Assembly: GCA_964016885.1 (NCBI GenBank)
Contig: OZ024745.1
Coordinates: 1,612,001-1,676,000, forward strand
Length of the DNA: 64,000 nucleotides
Direction: 5' to 3'
Origin: Eledone cirrhosa
Taxonomy: Eukaryota
Positions 15,001 through 30,900 of the stretch are shown in pieces (the stretch's first letter is position 1; each line of letters starts with the position of its first letter). The notes below the pieces were generated by a model that worked only from the letters and a program-made list of their open reading frames with translations, ran no database searches and was not told the DNA's origin. The position numbers and the translations under genes were made by a program.

Positions 15001-18000
15001 ATAGCAGCTACCAGTATATATGACTGTTGACACTATGGCAGCTACCAGTATATATGACTGTTGACATTATGGCAGCTACCAGTATATATGACTGTTGACA
15101 CTATGGCAGCTACCAGTATATATGACTGTTGACATTATGGCAGCTACCAGTATATATGACTGTTGACATTATGGCAGCTACCAGTATATATGACTGTTGA
15201 CACTATGGCAGCTACCAGTATATATGACTGTTGACATTATGGCAGCTACCAGTATATATGACTGTTGACACTATAGCAGCTACCAGTATAGATGAGTGTT
15301 GACACTATGGCAGCTACCAGTATATATGACTGTTGACATTATGGCAGCTACCAGTATATATGACTGTTGACACTATGGCAGCTACCAGTATATATGACTG
15401 TTGACATTATGGCAGCTACCAGTATATATGTCTCTTGACACTATGGCAGCTACCAGTATATATGACTATTGACACTATGGCAGCTACCAGTATAGATGAC
15501 TGTTGACACTATGGCAGCTACCAGTGTATATGACTCTTGACACTATGGCAGCTACCAGTATGTATGACTGTTGACACTATGGCAGCTACCAGTATATATG
15601 ACTGTTGACATTATGGCAGCTACCAGTATATATGACTGTTGACACTATGGCAGTTACCAGTATATATGTCTGTTGACACTATGGCAGCTACCAGTATATA
15701 TGACTGTTGACATTATGGCAGCTACCAGTATATATGACTCTTGACACTATGGCAGCTACCAGTATATATGACTGTTGACCCTATGGCAGCTACCAGTATA
15801 TATGACTGTTGACACTATGGCAGCTACCAGTATATATGACTGTTGACACTATGGCAGCTACCAGTATATATGACTGTTGACACTATAGCAGCTACCAGTA
15901 TATATGATTGTTGACATTATGGCAGCTACCAGTATATATGACAGTTGACACTATGGCAGCTACCAGTATATATGACTGTTGACACTATGGCAGCTACCAG
16001 TATATATGACTATTGACACTATGGCAGCTACCAGTATATATGACTGTTGTCACTATGGCAGCTACCGGTATATATGACTGTTGACACTATGGCAGCTACC
16101 AGTATATATGCCTGTTGACACTATGGCAGCTACCAGTATATATGACTATTGACACTATGGCAGCTACCAGTATAGTTGACTGTTGAAACTATGGCAGCTA
16201 CCAGTATATATGACTGTTGACACTATGGGAGCTACCAGTATAGATGACTGTTGACACTATGGCAGCTACCAGTATAGATGACTGTTGACACTATGTCAGC
16301 TACCAGTATATATGACTGTTGACACTATGGCAGCTACCAGTATATATGACTGTTGACATTATGGCAGCTACCAGTATATATGACTCTTGACACTATGGCA
16401 GCTACCAGTATATATGACTGTTGACACTATGGCAGCTACCAGTATATATGACTGTTGACACTATGGCAGCTACCAGTATACATGACTGTTGACACTCTGG
16501 CAGCTACCAGTATATATGACTGTTGACACTATGGCAGCTACCAGTATATATGACTGTTGACACTATGGCAGCTACCAGTATATATGACTGTTGACACTAT
16601 GGCAGCTACCAGTATACATGACTGTTGATACTCTGGCAGCTACCAGTATATATGACTGTTGACACTCTGGCAGCTACCAGTATATATGACTGTTGACACT
16701 ATGGCAGCTACCAGTATATATGACTGTTGACACTATGGCAGCTACCAGTATACATGACTGTTGACAGTATGGCAGATACCAGTATATATGTCTGTTGACA
16801 CTATGGCAGCTACCAGTATATATGACTGTTGACATTATGGCAGCTACCAGTATATATGACTCTTGACACTATGGCAGCTACCAGTATATATGACTGTTGA
16901 CACTATGGCAGCTACCAGTATATATGACTGTTGACACTATGGCAGCTACCAGTATACATGACTGTTGACATTATGGCAGCTACCAGTATATATGACTGTT
17001 GACACTATGGCAGCTACCAGTATATATGAGTCTTGACACTATGGCAGCTACCAGTATAGATGACTGTTGACATTATGGCAGCTACCAGTATATATGACTG
17101 TTGACACTATGGCAGCTACCAGTATATATGACTGTTGACACTATGGCAGCTACCAGTATATATGACTGACACTATGGCAGCTACCAGTATATATGACAGT
17201 TGACATTATGGCAGCTACCAGTATATATGACTGTTGACACTATGGCAGTTACCAGTATATATGACTGACACTATGGCAGCTACCAGTATATATGACAGTT
17301 GACATTATGGCAGCTACCAGTATATATGACTATTGACACTATGGCAGCTACCAGTATATATGACAGTTGACATTATGGCAGCTACCAGTATATATGACTG
17401 TTGACACTATGGCAGCTACCAGTATATATGACAGTTGACATTATGGCAGCTACCAGTATATATAACTGTTGACACTATGGCAGCTACCAGTATATATGAC
17501 TGACACTATGGCAGCTACCAGTATATATGACAGTTGACATTATGGCAGCTACCAGTATATATGACTATTGACACTATGGCAGCTACCAGTATATATGACA
17601 GTTGACATTATGGCAGCTACCAGTATATATGACTGTTGACACTATGGCAGCTACCAGTATATATGACAGTTGACATTATGGCAGCTACCAGTATATATGA
17701 CTATTGACACTATGGCAGCTACCAGTATATATGACTGTTGACACTATGGCAGCTACCAGTATATATGACTGTTGACACTATGGCAGCTACCAGTATATAT
17801 GAGTCTTGACACTATGGCAGCTACCAGTATATATGACTGTTGACACTATGGCAGCTACCAGTATAGATGACTGTTGACATTATGGCAGCTACCAGTATAT
17901 ATGACTGTTGACACTATGGCAGCTACCAGTATATATGAGTCTTGACACTATGGCAGCTACCAGTATAGATGACTGTTGACATTATGGCAGCTACCAGTAT

Positions 18001-21000
18001 ATATGACTGTTGACACTATGGCAGCTACCAGTATATATGACTGTTGACACTATGGCAGCTACCAGTATATATGACTATTGACACTATGGCAGCTACCAGT
18101 ATATATGACTGACACTATGGCAGCTACCAGTATATATGACAGTTGACATTATGGCAGCTACCAGTATATATGACTGTTGACACTATGGCAGCTACCAGTA
18201 TATATGACTGACACTATGGCAGCTACCAGTATATATGACAGTTGACATTATGGCAGCTACCAGTATATATGACTGTTGACACTATGGCAGCTACCAGTAT
18301 ATATGACTGTTGACATTATGGCAGCTACCAGTATATATGACTCTTGACACTATGGCAGCTACCAGTATATATGACTGTTGACACTATGGCAGCTACCAGT
18401 ATATATGACTATTGACACTATGGCAGCTACCAGTATATATGACTGTTGACACTATGGCAGCTACCAGTATATATGACTGTTGACACTATGGCAGCTACCA
18501 GTATGTATGTCTGTTGACACTATGGCAGCTACCAGTATATATGACTGTTGACACTATGGCAGCTACCAGTATATATGACTGTTGACACTATATCAGCTAC
18601 CAGTATATATGACTATTGACACTATGGCAGCTACCAGTATAGATGACTGTTGTCACTATGGCAGCTACCAGTATATATGACTCTTGACACTATGGCAGCT
18701 ACCAGTATATATGACTGTTGACACTATGGCAGCTACCAGTATATATGACTGTTGACATTATGGCAGCTACCAGTATATATGACTCTTGACACTATGGCAG
18801 CTATCAGTATATATTTCTGTTGACACTATGGCAGCTACCAGTATATATGACTATTGACACTATGGCAGCTACCAGTATATATGACTGTTGACACTATGGC
18901 AGCTACCAGTATATATGACTGTTGACACTATGGCAGCTACCAGTATGTATGTCTGTTGACACTATGGCAGCTACCAGTATATATGACTGTTGACACTATG
19001 GCAGCTACCAGTATATATGACTGTTGACACTATATCAGCTACCAGTATATATGACTATTGACACTATGGCAGCTACCAGTATAGATGACTGTTGACACTA
19101 TGGCAGCTACCAGTATATATGACTCTTGACACTATGGCAGCTACCAGTATATATGACTGTTGACACTATGGCAGCTACCAGTATATATGACTGTTGACAG
19201 TATGGCAGCTACCAGTATATATGACTGATGACAATATGGCAGCTACCAGTATATATGACTGTTGACTGTATGGCAGCTACCAGTATTGATGACTGTTGAC
19301 ACTATGGCAGCTACCAGTATATATGACTCTTGACACTATGGCAGCTACCAGTATATATGACTGTTGACACTATGGCAGATACCAATATAGATGACTGTTG
19401 ACACTATGGCAGCTACCAGTATATATGACTCTTGACACTATGGCAGCTACCAGTATATATGACTCTTGACACTATGGCAGCTACCAGTATATATGACTCT
19501 TGACACTATGGCAGCTACCAGTATATATGACTCTTGACACTATGGCAGCTACCAGTATATATGACTGTTGACACTATGGCAGCTACCAGTATATATGACT
19601 GTTGACACTATGGCAGCTACCAGTATAGATGACTGTTGACACTATGGCAGCTACCAGTATATATGACTGTTGACACTATAGCAGCTACCAGTATATATGA
19701 CTGTTGACACTATGGCAGCTACCAGTATATATGACTCTTGACACCATGGCAGCTACCAGTATATATGACTGTTGACACTATGGTAGCTACCAGTATATAT
19801 GACTCTTGACACTATGGCAGCTACCAGTATAGATTACTCTTGACACTATGGCAGCTACCAGTATATATGACTGTTGACACTATGGCAGCTACCAGTATGT
19901 ATGACTCTTGACAGTATGGCAGCTACCAGTATATATGACTGTTGACACTATGGTAGCTACCAGTATAGATTACTCTTGACACTATGGCAGCTACCAGTAT
20001 ATATGACTGTTGACACTATGGTAGCTACCAGTATAGATTACTCTTGACACTATGGCCGCTACCAGTATAGTTGACTGTTGAAACTATGGCAGCTACCAGT
20101 ATATATGACTGTTGACACTATGGCAGCTACCAGTATATATGACTGTTGACACTATGGCAGCTACCAGTATATATGACTGTTGACACTATGGCAGCTACCA
20201 GTATATATGACTGTTGACACTATGGCAGCTACCAGTATAGATGACTGTTGACAGTATGGCAGCTACCAGTATATATGACTGTTGACACTATGGCAGCTAC
20301 CAGTATAGATGACTGTTGACAATATGGCAGCTACCAGTATATATGACTGTTGACACTATGGCAGCTACCAGTATAGATGACTGTTGACACTATGGCAGCT
20401 ACCAGTATATATGACTGTTGACACTATGGCAGCTACCAGTATATATGACTGTTGACACTATGGCAGCTACCAGTATATATGACTATTGACACGATGGCAG
20501 CTACCAGTATATATGACTGACACTATGGCAGCTACCAGTATATATGACTGTTGACACTATGGCAGCTACCAGTATATATGACTGTTGACACTATGGCAGC
20601 TACCAGTATAGATGACTGTTGACACTATGGCAGCTACCAGTATATATGACTGTTGACACTATGGCAGCTACCAGTATGTATGACTGTTGACACTATGGCA
20701 GCTACCTGTATATATGTCTGTTGACACTATGGCAGCTACCAGTATGTATGACTCTTGACACTATGGCAGCTACCAGTATATATGACTGTTGACACTATGG
20801 CAGCTACCTGTATATATGACTGTTGACACTATGGCAGCTACCAGTATATATGACTATTGACACTATGGCAGCTACCAGTATATATGACTGTTGACACTGT
20901 GGCAGCTACCAGTATATATGACTATTGACACTATGGCAGCTACCAGTATATATGACTGTTGACACTATGGCAGCTACCAGTATATATGATTGTTAACACT

Positions 21001-24000
21001 ATGGCAGCTACCAGTATATATGACTGTTGACACGATGGCAGCTACCAGTATATATGACTGACACTATGGCAGCTACCAGTATATATGACTGTTGACACTA
21101 TGGCAGCTACCAGTATATATGACTGTTGACACTATGGCAGCTACCAGTATATATGACTGTTGACACTATATCAGCTACCAGTATAGATGACTGTTGACAC
21201 TATGGTAGCTACCAGTATATATGACTGTTGACACTATGGTAGCTACCAGTATATATGACTGTTGACACTATGGCAGCTACCAGTATATATGACTGTTAAC
21301 ACTTTGGCAGCTACCAGTATGTATGACTGTTGACACTATGGCAGCTACCAGTATATATAACTGTTGACACTATGGCAGCTACCAGTATATATGACTGTTG
21401 ACACTATGGCAGCTACCAGTATGTATGACTGTTGACACTATGGCAGCTACCAGTATATATGACTGTTGACACTATGGCAGCTACCAGTATGTATGACTGT
21501 TGACACTATGGCAGCTACCAGTATATATGACTGTTGACACTATGGCAGCTACCAGTATATATGACTGTTGACACTATGGCAGCTACCAGTATATATGACT
21601 GTTGACACTATGGCAGCTACCAGTATGTATGACTGTTGACACTATGGCAGCTACCTGTATATATGTCTGTTGACACTATGGCAGCTACCAGTATATATGA
21701 CTGTTGACACTATGGCAGCTACCAGTATATATGACTGTTGACATTATGGCAGCTACCAGTATGTATGACTGTTGACACTATGGCAGCTACCAGTATGTAT
21801 GACTGTTGACACTATGGTAGCTACCAGTATATATGACTGTTGACACTATGGTAGCTACCAGCATATATGACTGTTGACACTATGGCAGCTACCAGTATAT
21901 ATGACTGACACTATGGCAGCTACCAGTATATATGACAGTTGACATTATGGCAGCTACCAGTATATATGACTGTTGACACTATGGCAGCTACCAGTATATA
22001 TGACTGTTGACATTATGGCAGCTACCAGTATATATGACTCTTGACACTATGGCAGCTACCAGTATATATGACTGTTGACACTATGGCAGCTACCAGTATA
22101 TATGACTATTGACACTATGGCAGCTACCAGTATATATGACTGTTGACACTATGGCAGCTACCAGTATATATGACTGTTGACACTATGGCAGCTACCAGTA
22201 TGTATGTCTGTTGACACTATGGCAGCTACCAGTATATATGACTGTTGACACTATGGCAGCTACCAGTATATATGACTGTTGACACTATATCAGCTACCAG
22301 TATATATGACTATTGACACTATGGCAGCTACCAGTATAGATGACTGTTGACACTATGGCAGCTACCAGTATATATGACTCTTGACACTATGGCAGCTACC
22401 AGTATATATGACTGTTGACACTATGGCAGCTACCAGTATATATGACTGTTGACATTATGGCAGCTACCAGTATATATGACTCTTGACACTATGGCAGCTA
22501 TCAGTATATATGACTGTTGACACTATGGCAGCTACCAGTATATATGACTATTGACACTATGGCAGCTACCAGTATATATGACTGTTGACACTATGGCAGC
22601 TACCAGTATATATGACTGTTGACACTATGGCAGCTACCAGTATGTATGTCTGTTGACACTATGGCAGCTACCAGTATATATGACTGTTGACACTATGGCA
22701 GCTACCAGTATATATGACTGTTGACACTATATCAGCTACCAGTATATATGACTATTGACACTATGGCAGCTACCAGTATAGATGACTGTTGACACTATGG
22801 CAGCTACCAGTATATATGACTCTTGACACTATGGCAGCTACCAGTATATATGACTGTTGACACTATGGCAGCTACCAGTATATATGACTGTTGACAGTAT
22901 GGCAGCTACCAGTATATATGACTGATGACAATATGGCAGCTACCAGTATATATGACTGTTGACTGTATGGCAGCTACCAGTATTGATGACTGTTGACACT
23001 ATGGCAGCTACCAGTATATATGACTCTTGACACTATGGCAGCTACCAGTATATATGACTGTTGACACTATGGCAGATACCAATATAGATGACTGTTGACA
23101 CTATGGCAGCTACCAGTATATATGACTCTTGACACTATGGCAGCTACCAGTATATATGACTCTTGACACTATGGCAGCTACCAGTATATATGACTCTTGA
23201 CACTATGGCAGCTACCAGTATATATGACTCTTGACACTATGGCAGCTACCAGTATATATGACTGTTGACACTATGGCAGCTACCAGTATATATGACTGTT
23301 GACACTATGGCAGCTACCAGTATAGATGACTGTTGACACTATGGCAGCTACCAGTATATATGACTGTTGACACTATAGCAGCTACCAGTATATATGACTG
23401 TTGACACTATGGCAGCTACCAGTATATATGACTCTTGACACCATGGCAGCTACCAGTATATATGACTGTTGACACTATGGTAGCTACCAGTATATATGAC
23501 TCTTGACACTATGGCAGCTAGCAGTATAGATTACTCTTGACACTATGGCAGCTACCAGTATATATGACTGTTGACACTATGGCAGCTACCAGTATGTATG
23601 ACTCTTGACAGTATGGCAGCTACCAGTATATATGACTGTTGACACTATGGTAGCTACCAGTATAGATTACTCTTGACACTATGGCAGCTACCAGTATATA
23701 TGACTGTTGACACTATGGTAGCTACCAGTATAGATTACTCTTGACACTATGGCCGCTACCAGTATAGTTGACTGTTGAAACTATGGCAGCTACCAGTATA
23801 TATGACTGTTGACACTATGGCAGCTACCAGTATATATGACTGTTGACACTATGGCAGCTACCAGTATATATGACTGTTGACACTATGGCAGCTACCAGTA
23901 TATATGACTGTTGACACTATGGCAGCTACCAGTATATATGACTGTTGACAGTATGGCAGCTACCAGTATATATGACTGTTGACACTATATCAGCTACCAG

Positions 24001-27000
24001 TATAGATGACTGTTGACACTATGGTAGCTACCAGTATATATGACTGTTGACACTATGGTAGCTACCAGTATATATGACTGTTGACACTATGGCAGCTACC
24101 AGTATATATGACTGTTAACACTTTGGCAGCTACCAGTATGTATGTCTGTTGACACTATGGCAGCTACCAGTATATATAACTGTTGACACTATGGCAGCTA
24201 CCAGTATATATGACTGTTGACACTATGGCAGCTACCAGTATGTATGACTGTTGACACTATGGCAGCTACCAGTATATATGACTGTTGACACTATGGCAGC
24301 TACCAGTATGTATGACTCTTGACACTATGGCAGCTACCAGTATATATGACTGTTGACACTATGGCAGCTACCAGTATATATGACTGTTGACACTATGGCA
24401 GCTACCAGTATATATGACTGTTGACACTATGGCAGCTACCAGTATGTATGACTGTTGACACTATGGCAGCTACCTGTATATATGTCTGTTGACACTATGG
24501 CAGCTACCAGTATATATGACTGTTGACACTATGGCAGCTACCAGTATATATGACTGTTGACATTATGGCAGCTACCAGTATGTATGACTGTTGACACTAT
24601 GGCAGCTACCAGTATGTATGACTGTTGACACTATGGTAGCTACCAGTATATATGACTGTTGACACTATGGTAGCTACCAGTATATATGACTGTTGACACT
24701 ATGGCAGCTACCAGTATATATGACTGTTGACACTCTGGCAGCTACCTGTATATATGTCTGTTGACACTATGGCAGCTACCAGTATGTATGACTGTTGACA
24801 CTATGGCAGCTACCAGTATGTATGACTGTTGACACTATGGCAGCTACCTGTATAGATGACTGTTGACACTTTGGCAGCTACCAGTATGTATGACTGTTGA
24901 CACTATGGCAGCTACCAGTATATATGACTGTTGACACTATGGCAGCTACCAGTATATATGACTGTTGACACTATGGCAGCTACCAGTATATATGACTGTT
25001 GACACTATGGCAGCTACCAGTATATATGACTGTTGACACGATGGCAGCTACCAGTATATATGACTGTTGACACTATGGCAGCTACCAGTATAGATGACTG
25101 TTGACACTATGGCAGCTACCAGTATAGATGACTGTTGACACTATGGCAGCTACCAGTATAGATGACTGTTGACACTATGGCAGCTACCAGTATAGATGAC
25201 TGTTGACACTATGGCAGCTACCAGTATAGATGACTGTTGACACTATGGCAGCTACCAGTATAGATGACTGTTGACACTATGGCAGCTACCAGTATATATG
25301 TCTGTTGAAACTATGTCAGCTACCAGTATGTATGACTGTTGACACTATGGCAGCTACCAGTATAGATGACTGTTGACACTATGGTAGCTACCAGTATATA
25401 TGACTGTTGACACTATGGCAACTAACAGTATATATGACTGTTAAGACTTTGGCAGCTACCAGTATAGATGACTGTTGACACTATGTCAGCTACCAGTATA
25501 TATGACTGTTGACACTATGGCAGCTACCAGTATATATGACTGTTGACACTATGGCAGCTACCAGTATAGATGACTGTTGACACTATGGCAGCTACCAGTA
25601 TAGATGACTGTTGACACTATGGCAGCTACCAGTATGTATGACTGTTGACACAATGGTAGCTACCAGTATATATGACTGTTGACATTATGGCAGCTACCAG
25701 TATGTATGACTGTTGACACTATGGCAGCTACCAGTATAGATGACTGTTGACACAATGGTAGCTACCAGTATATATGACTGTTGACACTATGGCAGCTACC
25801 AGTATATATGTCTGTTGACACTATGGCAGCTACCAGTATAGATGACTGTTGACACAATGGTAGCTACCAGTATATATGACTGTTGACACTATGGCAGCTA
25901 CCAGTATGTATGACTGTTGACACTATGGCAGCTACCAGTATATATGTCTCTTGACACTATGGCAGCTACCAGTATATATGACTGTTGACACAATGGTAGC
26001 TACCAGTATATATGACTCTTGACACTATGGCAGCTACCAGTATATATGACTGTTGACACTATGGCAGCTACCAGTATATATGACTGTTCACACTATGGCA
26101 GCTACCAGTATATATGACTGTTGACACTATGGCAGCTACCAGTATAGATGACTGTTGACACTATGGCAGCTACCAGTATATATGACTGTTGACACTATGG
26201 CAGCTACCAGTATATATGACTGTTGACACTATGGCAGCTACCAGTATAGATGACTGTTGACACTATGGCAGCTACCAGTATAGATGACTGTTGACACTAT
26301 GTCAGCTACCAGTATGTATGACTGTTGACACTATGGCAGCTACCAGTATGTATGACTCTTGACACTATGGCAGCTACCAGTATGTATGACTCTTGACACT
26401 ATGGCAGCTACCAATATAGATGACTGTTGACACTATGGCAGCTACCAGTATATATGACTGTTGACACTATGGCAGATACCAGTATATATGACTCTTGACA
26501 CTATGGCAGCTACCAGTATATATGACTCTTGACACTATGGCAGCTACCAGTATATATGACTCTTGACACTATGGCAGCTACCAGTATATATGACTCTTGA
26601 CACTATGGCAGCTACCAGTATATATGTCTGTTGACACTATGTCAGCTACCAGTATGTATGACTGTTGACACTATGGCAGCTACCAGTATATATGACTGTT
26701 GACACTATGGCAGCTACCAGTATATATGACTGTTGACACTATGGCAGCTACCAGTATGTATGACTGTTGACACTATGTCAGCTACCAGTATATATGACTG
26801 TTGACACTATGGCAGCTACCAGTATATATGACTGTTGACACTATGGCAGCTACCAGTATATATGACTGTTGACACTATGGCAGCTACCAGTATGTATGAC
26901 TGTTGACACTATGGCAGCTACCAGTATATATGTCTGTTGACACTATGTCAGCTACCAGTATATATGACTGTTGACACTATGGCAGCTACCAGTATGTATG

Positions 27001-27992
27001 ACTGTTGACACTATGGCAGCTACCAGTATATATGACTCTTGACACTATGGCAGCTACCAGTATATATGACTCTTGACACTATGGCAGCTACCAGTATAGA
27101 TGACTGTTGACACTATGGCAGCTACCAGTATAGATGACTGTTGACACTATGGCAGCTACCAGTATATATGACTGTTGACACTATGGCAGCTACCAGTATA
27201 TATGACTGTTGACACTATGGCAGCTACCAGTATATATGTCTGTTGACACTATGTCAGCTACCAGTATGTATGACTGTTGACACTATGGCAGCTACCAGTA
27301 TATATGACTGTTGACACTATGGCAGCTACCTGTATAGATGACTGTTGACACTATGGCAACTAACAGTATATATGACTGTTAACACTTTGGCAGCTACCAG
27401 TATATATGACTATTGACACTATGGCAGCTACCAGTATATATGTCTGTTGACACTATGGCAGCTACCAGTATAGATGACTGTTGACACTATGGCAGCTACC
27501 AGTATATATAACTGTTGACACTATGGCAGCTACCAGTATAGATGACTGTTGACACAATGGTAGCTACCAGTATATATGACTGTTGACACTATGGCAGCTA
27601 CCAGTATATATGTCTGTTGACACTATGGCAGCTACCAGTATAGATGACTGTTGACACAATGGTAGCTACCAGTATAGATGACTGTTGACACTATGGCAGC
27701 TACCAGTATATATGTCTCTTGACACTATGGCAGCTACCAGTATATATGACTGTTGACACTATGGCAGCTACCAGTATATATGACTGTTGACACTATGGCA
27801 GCTACCAGTATAGATGACTGTTGACACAATGGTAGCTACCAGTATATATGACTGTTGACACTATGGCAGCTACCAGTATGTATGACTGTTGACACTATGG
27901 CAGCTACCAGTATATATGTCTCTTGACACTATGGCAGCTACCAGTATATATGACTGTTGACACTATGGCAGCTACCAGTATATATGACTGTT
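1..27992. repeat. Satellite A: 34-bp tandem repeat, consensus GACACTATGGCAGCTACCAGTATATATGACTGTT, 824 units (816 x 34 bp + 8 x 31 bp)
   Basis: Read directly: GACACT recurs at 1, 35, 69... Phase is kept except at eight units lacking 3 bp (GACTGACACT) between about 17164 and 21910; 27992+24=824x34. Common variants: TATATA/TATAGA/TATGTA, CTGTT/CTCTT/CTATT, GGCAG/GGTAG, CACTA/CACAA/CATTA. Continues past the left edge. Confidence 0.99.
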
Positions 27993-30900
27993 GAAACCAC
28001 ACTAGCAAGACACTCTTGAAACAACACTATGGCTGCATCACATTAACTCTTAACATCCTGTACCACATGAAACCACATTAGCAAGACATTCTTGAAACAA
28101 CACTATGACTACATCACATTAACTCTTAACATCCTGTACCACATGAAACCACATTAGCAAGACATTCTTGAAACAACACTATGGCTGCATCACATTAACT
28201 CTTAACATCCTGTACCACATGAAACCACATTAGCAAGACATTCTTGAAACAACACTATGGCTGCATCACATTAACTCTTAACATCCTGTACCACATGAAA
28301 CCACACTAGCAAGACATTCTTGAAACAACACTATGACTACATCACATTAACTCTTAACATCCTGTACCACATGAAACCACATTAGCAAGACATTCTTGAA
28401 ACAACACTATGGCTGCATCACATTAACTCTTAACATCCTGTACCACATGAAACCACACTAGCAAGACATTCTTGAAACAACACTATGACTACATCACATT
28501 AACTCTTAACATCCTGTACCACATGAAACCACATTAGCAAGACATTCTTGAAACAACACTATGGCTGCATCACATTAACTCTTAACATCCTGTACCACAT
28601 GAAACCACACTAGCAAGACATTCTTGAAACAACACTATGACTACATCACATTAACTCTTAACATCCTGTACCACATGAAACCACATTAGCAAGACATTCT
28701 TGAAACAACACTATGGCTGCATCACATTAACTCTTAACATCCTGTACCACATGAAACCACACTAGCAAGACATTCTTGAAACAACACTATGACTACATCA
28801 CATTAACTCTTAACATCCTGTACCACATGAAACCACATTAGCAAGACATTCTTGAAACAACACTATGGCTGCATCACATTAACTCTTAACATCCTGTACC
28901 ACATGAAACCACACTAGCAAGACATTCTTGAAACAACACTATGGCTGCATCACATTAACTCTTAACATCCTGTACCACATGAAACCACACTAGCAAGACA
29001 TTCTTGAAACAACACTATGGCTGCATCACATTAACTCTTAACATCCTGTACCACATGAAACCACACTAGCAAGACATTCTTGAAACAACACTATGGCTGC
29101 ATCACATTAACTCTTAACATCCTGTACCACATGAAACCACATTAGCAAGACATTCTTGAAACAACACTATGACTACATCACATTAACTCTTAACATCCTG
29201 TACCACATGAAACCACATTAGCAAGACATTCTTGAAACAACACTATGACTACATCACATTAACTCTTAACATCCTGTACCACATGAAACCACACTAGCAA
29301 GACATTCTTGAAACAACACTATGGCTGCATCACATTAACTCTTAACATCCTGTACCACATGAAACCACACTAGCAAGACATTCTTGAAACAACACTATGG
29401 CTGCATCACATTAACTCTTAACATCCTGTACCACATGAAACCACATTAGCAAGACATTCTTGAAACAACACTATGACTACATCACATTAACTCTTAACAT
29501 CCTGTACCACATGAAACCACATTAGCAAGACATTCTTGAAACAACACTATGACTACATCACATTAACTCTTAACATCCTGTACCACATGAAACCACACTA
29601 GCAAGACATTCTTGAAACAACACTATGGCTGCATCACATTAACTCTTAACATCCTGTACCACATGAAACCACACTAGCAAGACACTCTTGAAACAACACT
29701 ATGACTACATCACATTAACTCTTAACATCCTGTACCACATGAAACCACATTAGCAAGACATTCTTGAAACAACACTATGACTGCATCACATTAACTCTTA
29801 ACATCCTGTACCACATGAAACCACATTAGCAAGACACTCTTGAAACAACACTATGACTGCATCACATTAACTCTTAACATCCAGTACCACATGAAACCAC
29901 ATTAGCAAGACATTCTTGAAACAACACTATGGCTGCATCACATTAACTCTTAACATCCTGTACCACATGAAACCACACTAGCAAGACATTCTTGAAACAA
30001 CACTATGGCTGCATCACATTAACTCTTAACATCCTGTACCACATGAAACCACACTAGCAAGACATTCTTGAAACAACACTATGGCTGCATCACATTAACT
30101 CTTAACATCCTGTACCACATGAAACCACATTAGCAAGACATTCTTGAAACAACACTATGACTACATCACATTAACTCTTAACATCCTGTACCACATGAAA
30201 CCACATTAGCAAGACATTCTTGAAACAACACTATGACTACATCACATTAACTCTTAACATCCTGTACCACATGAAACCACACTAGCAAGACATTCTTGAA
30301 ACAACACTATGGCTGCATCACATTAACTCTTAACATCCTGTACCACATGAAACCACACTAGCAAGACACTCTTGAAACAACACTATGACTACATCACATT
30401 AACTCTTAACATCCTGTACCACATGAAACCACATTAGCAAGACACTCTTGAAACAACACTATGGCTGCATCACATTAACTCTTAACATCCTGTACCACAT
30501 GAAACCACATTAGCAAGACATTCTTGAAACAACACTATGGCTGCATCACATTAACTCTTAACATCCTGTACCACATGAAACCACATTAGCAAGACATTCT
30601 TGAAACAACACTATGGCTGCATCACATTAACTCTTAACATCCTGTACCACATGAAACCACACTAGCAAGACACTCTTGAAACAACACTATGACTACATCA
30701 CATTAACTCTTAACATCCTGTACCACATGAAACCACATTAGCAAGACACTCTTGAAACAACACTATGGCTGCATCACATTAACTCTTAACATCCTGTACC
30801 ACATGAAACCACATTAGCAAGACATTCTTGAAACAACACTATGGCTGCATCACATTAACTCTTAACATCCTGTACCACATGAAACCACACTAGCAAGACA

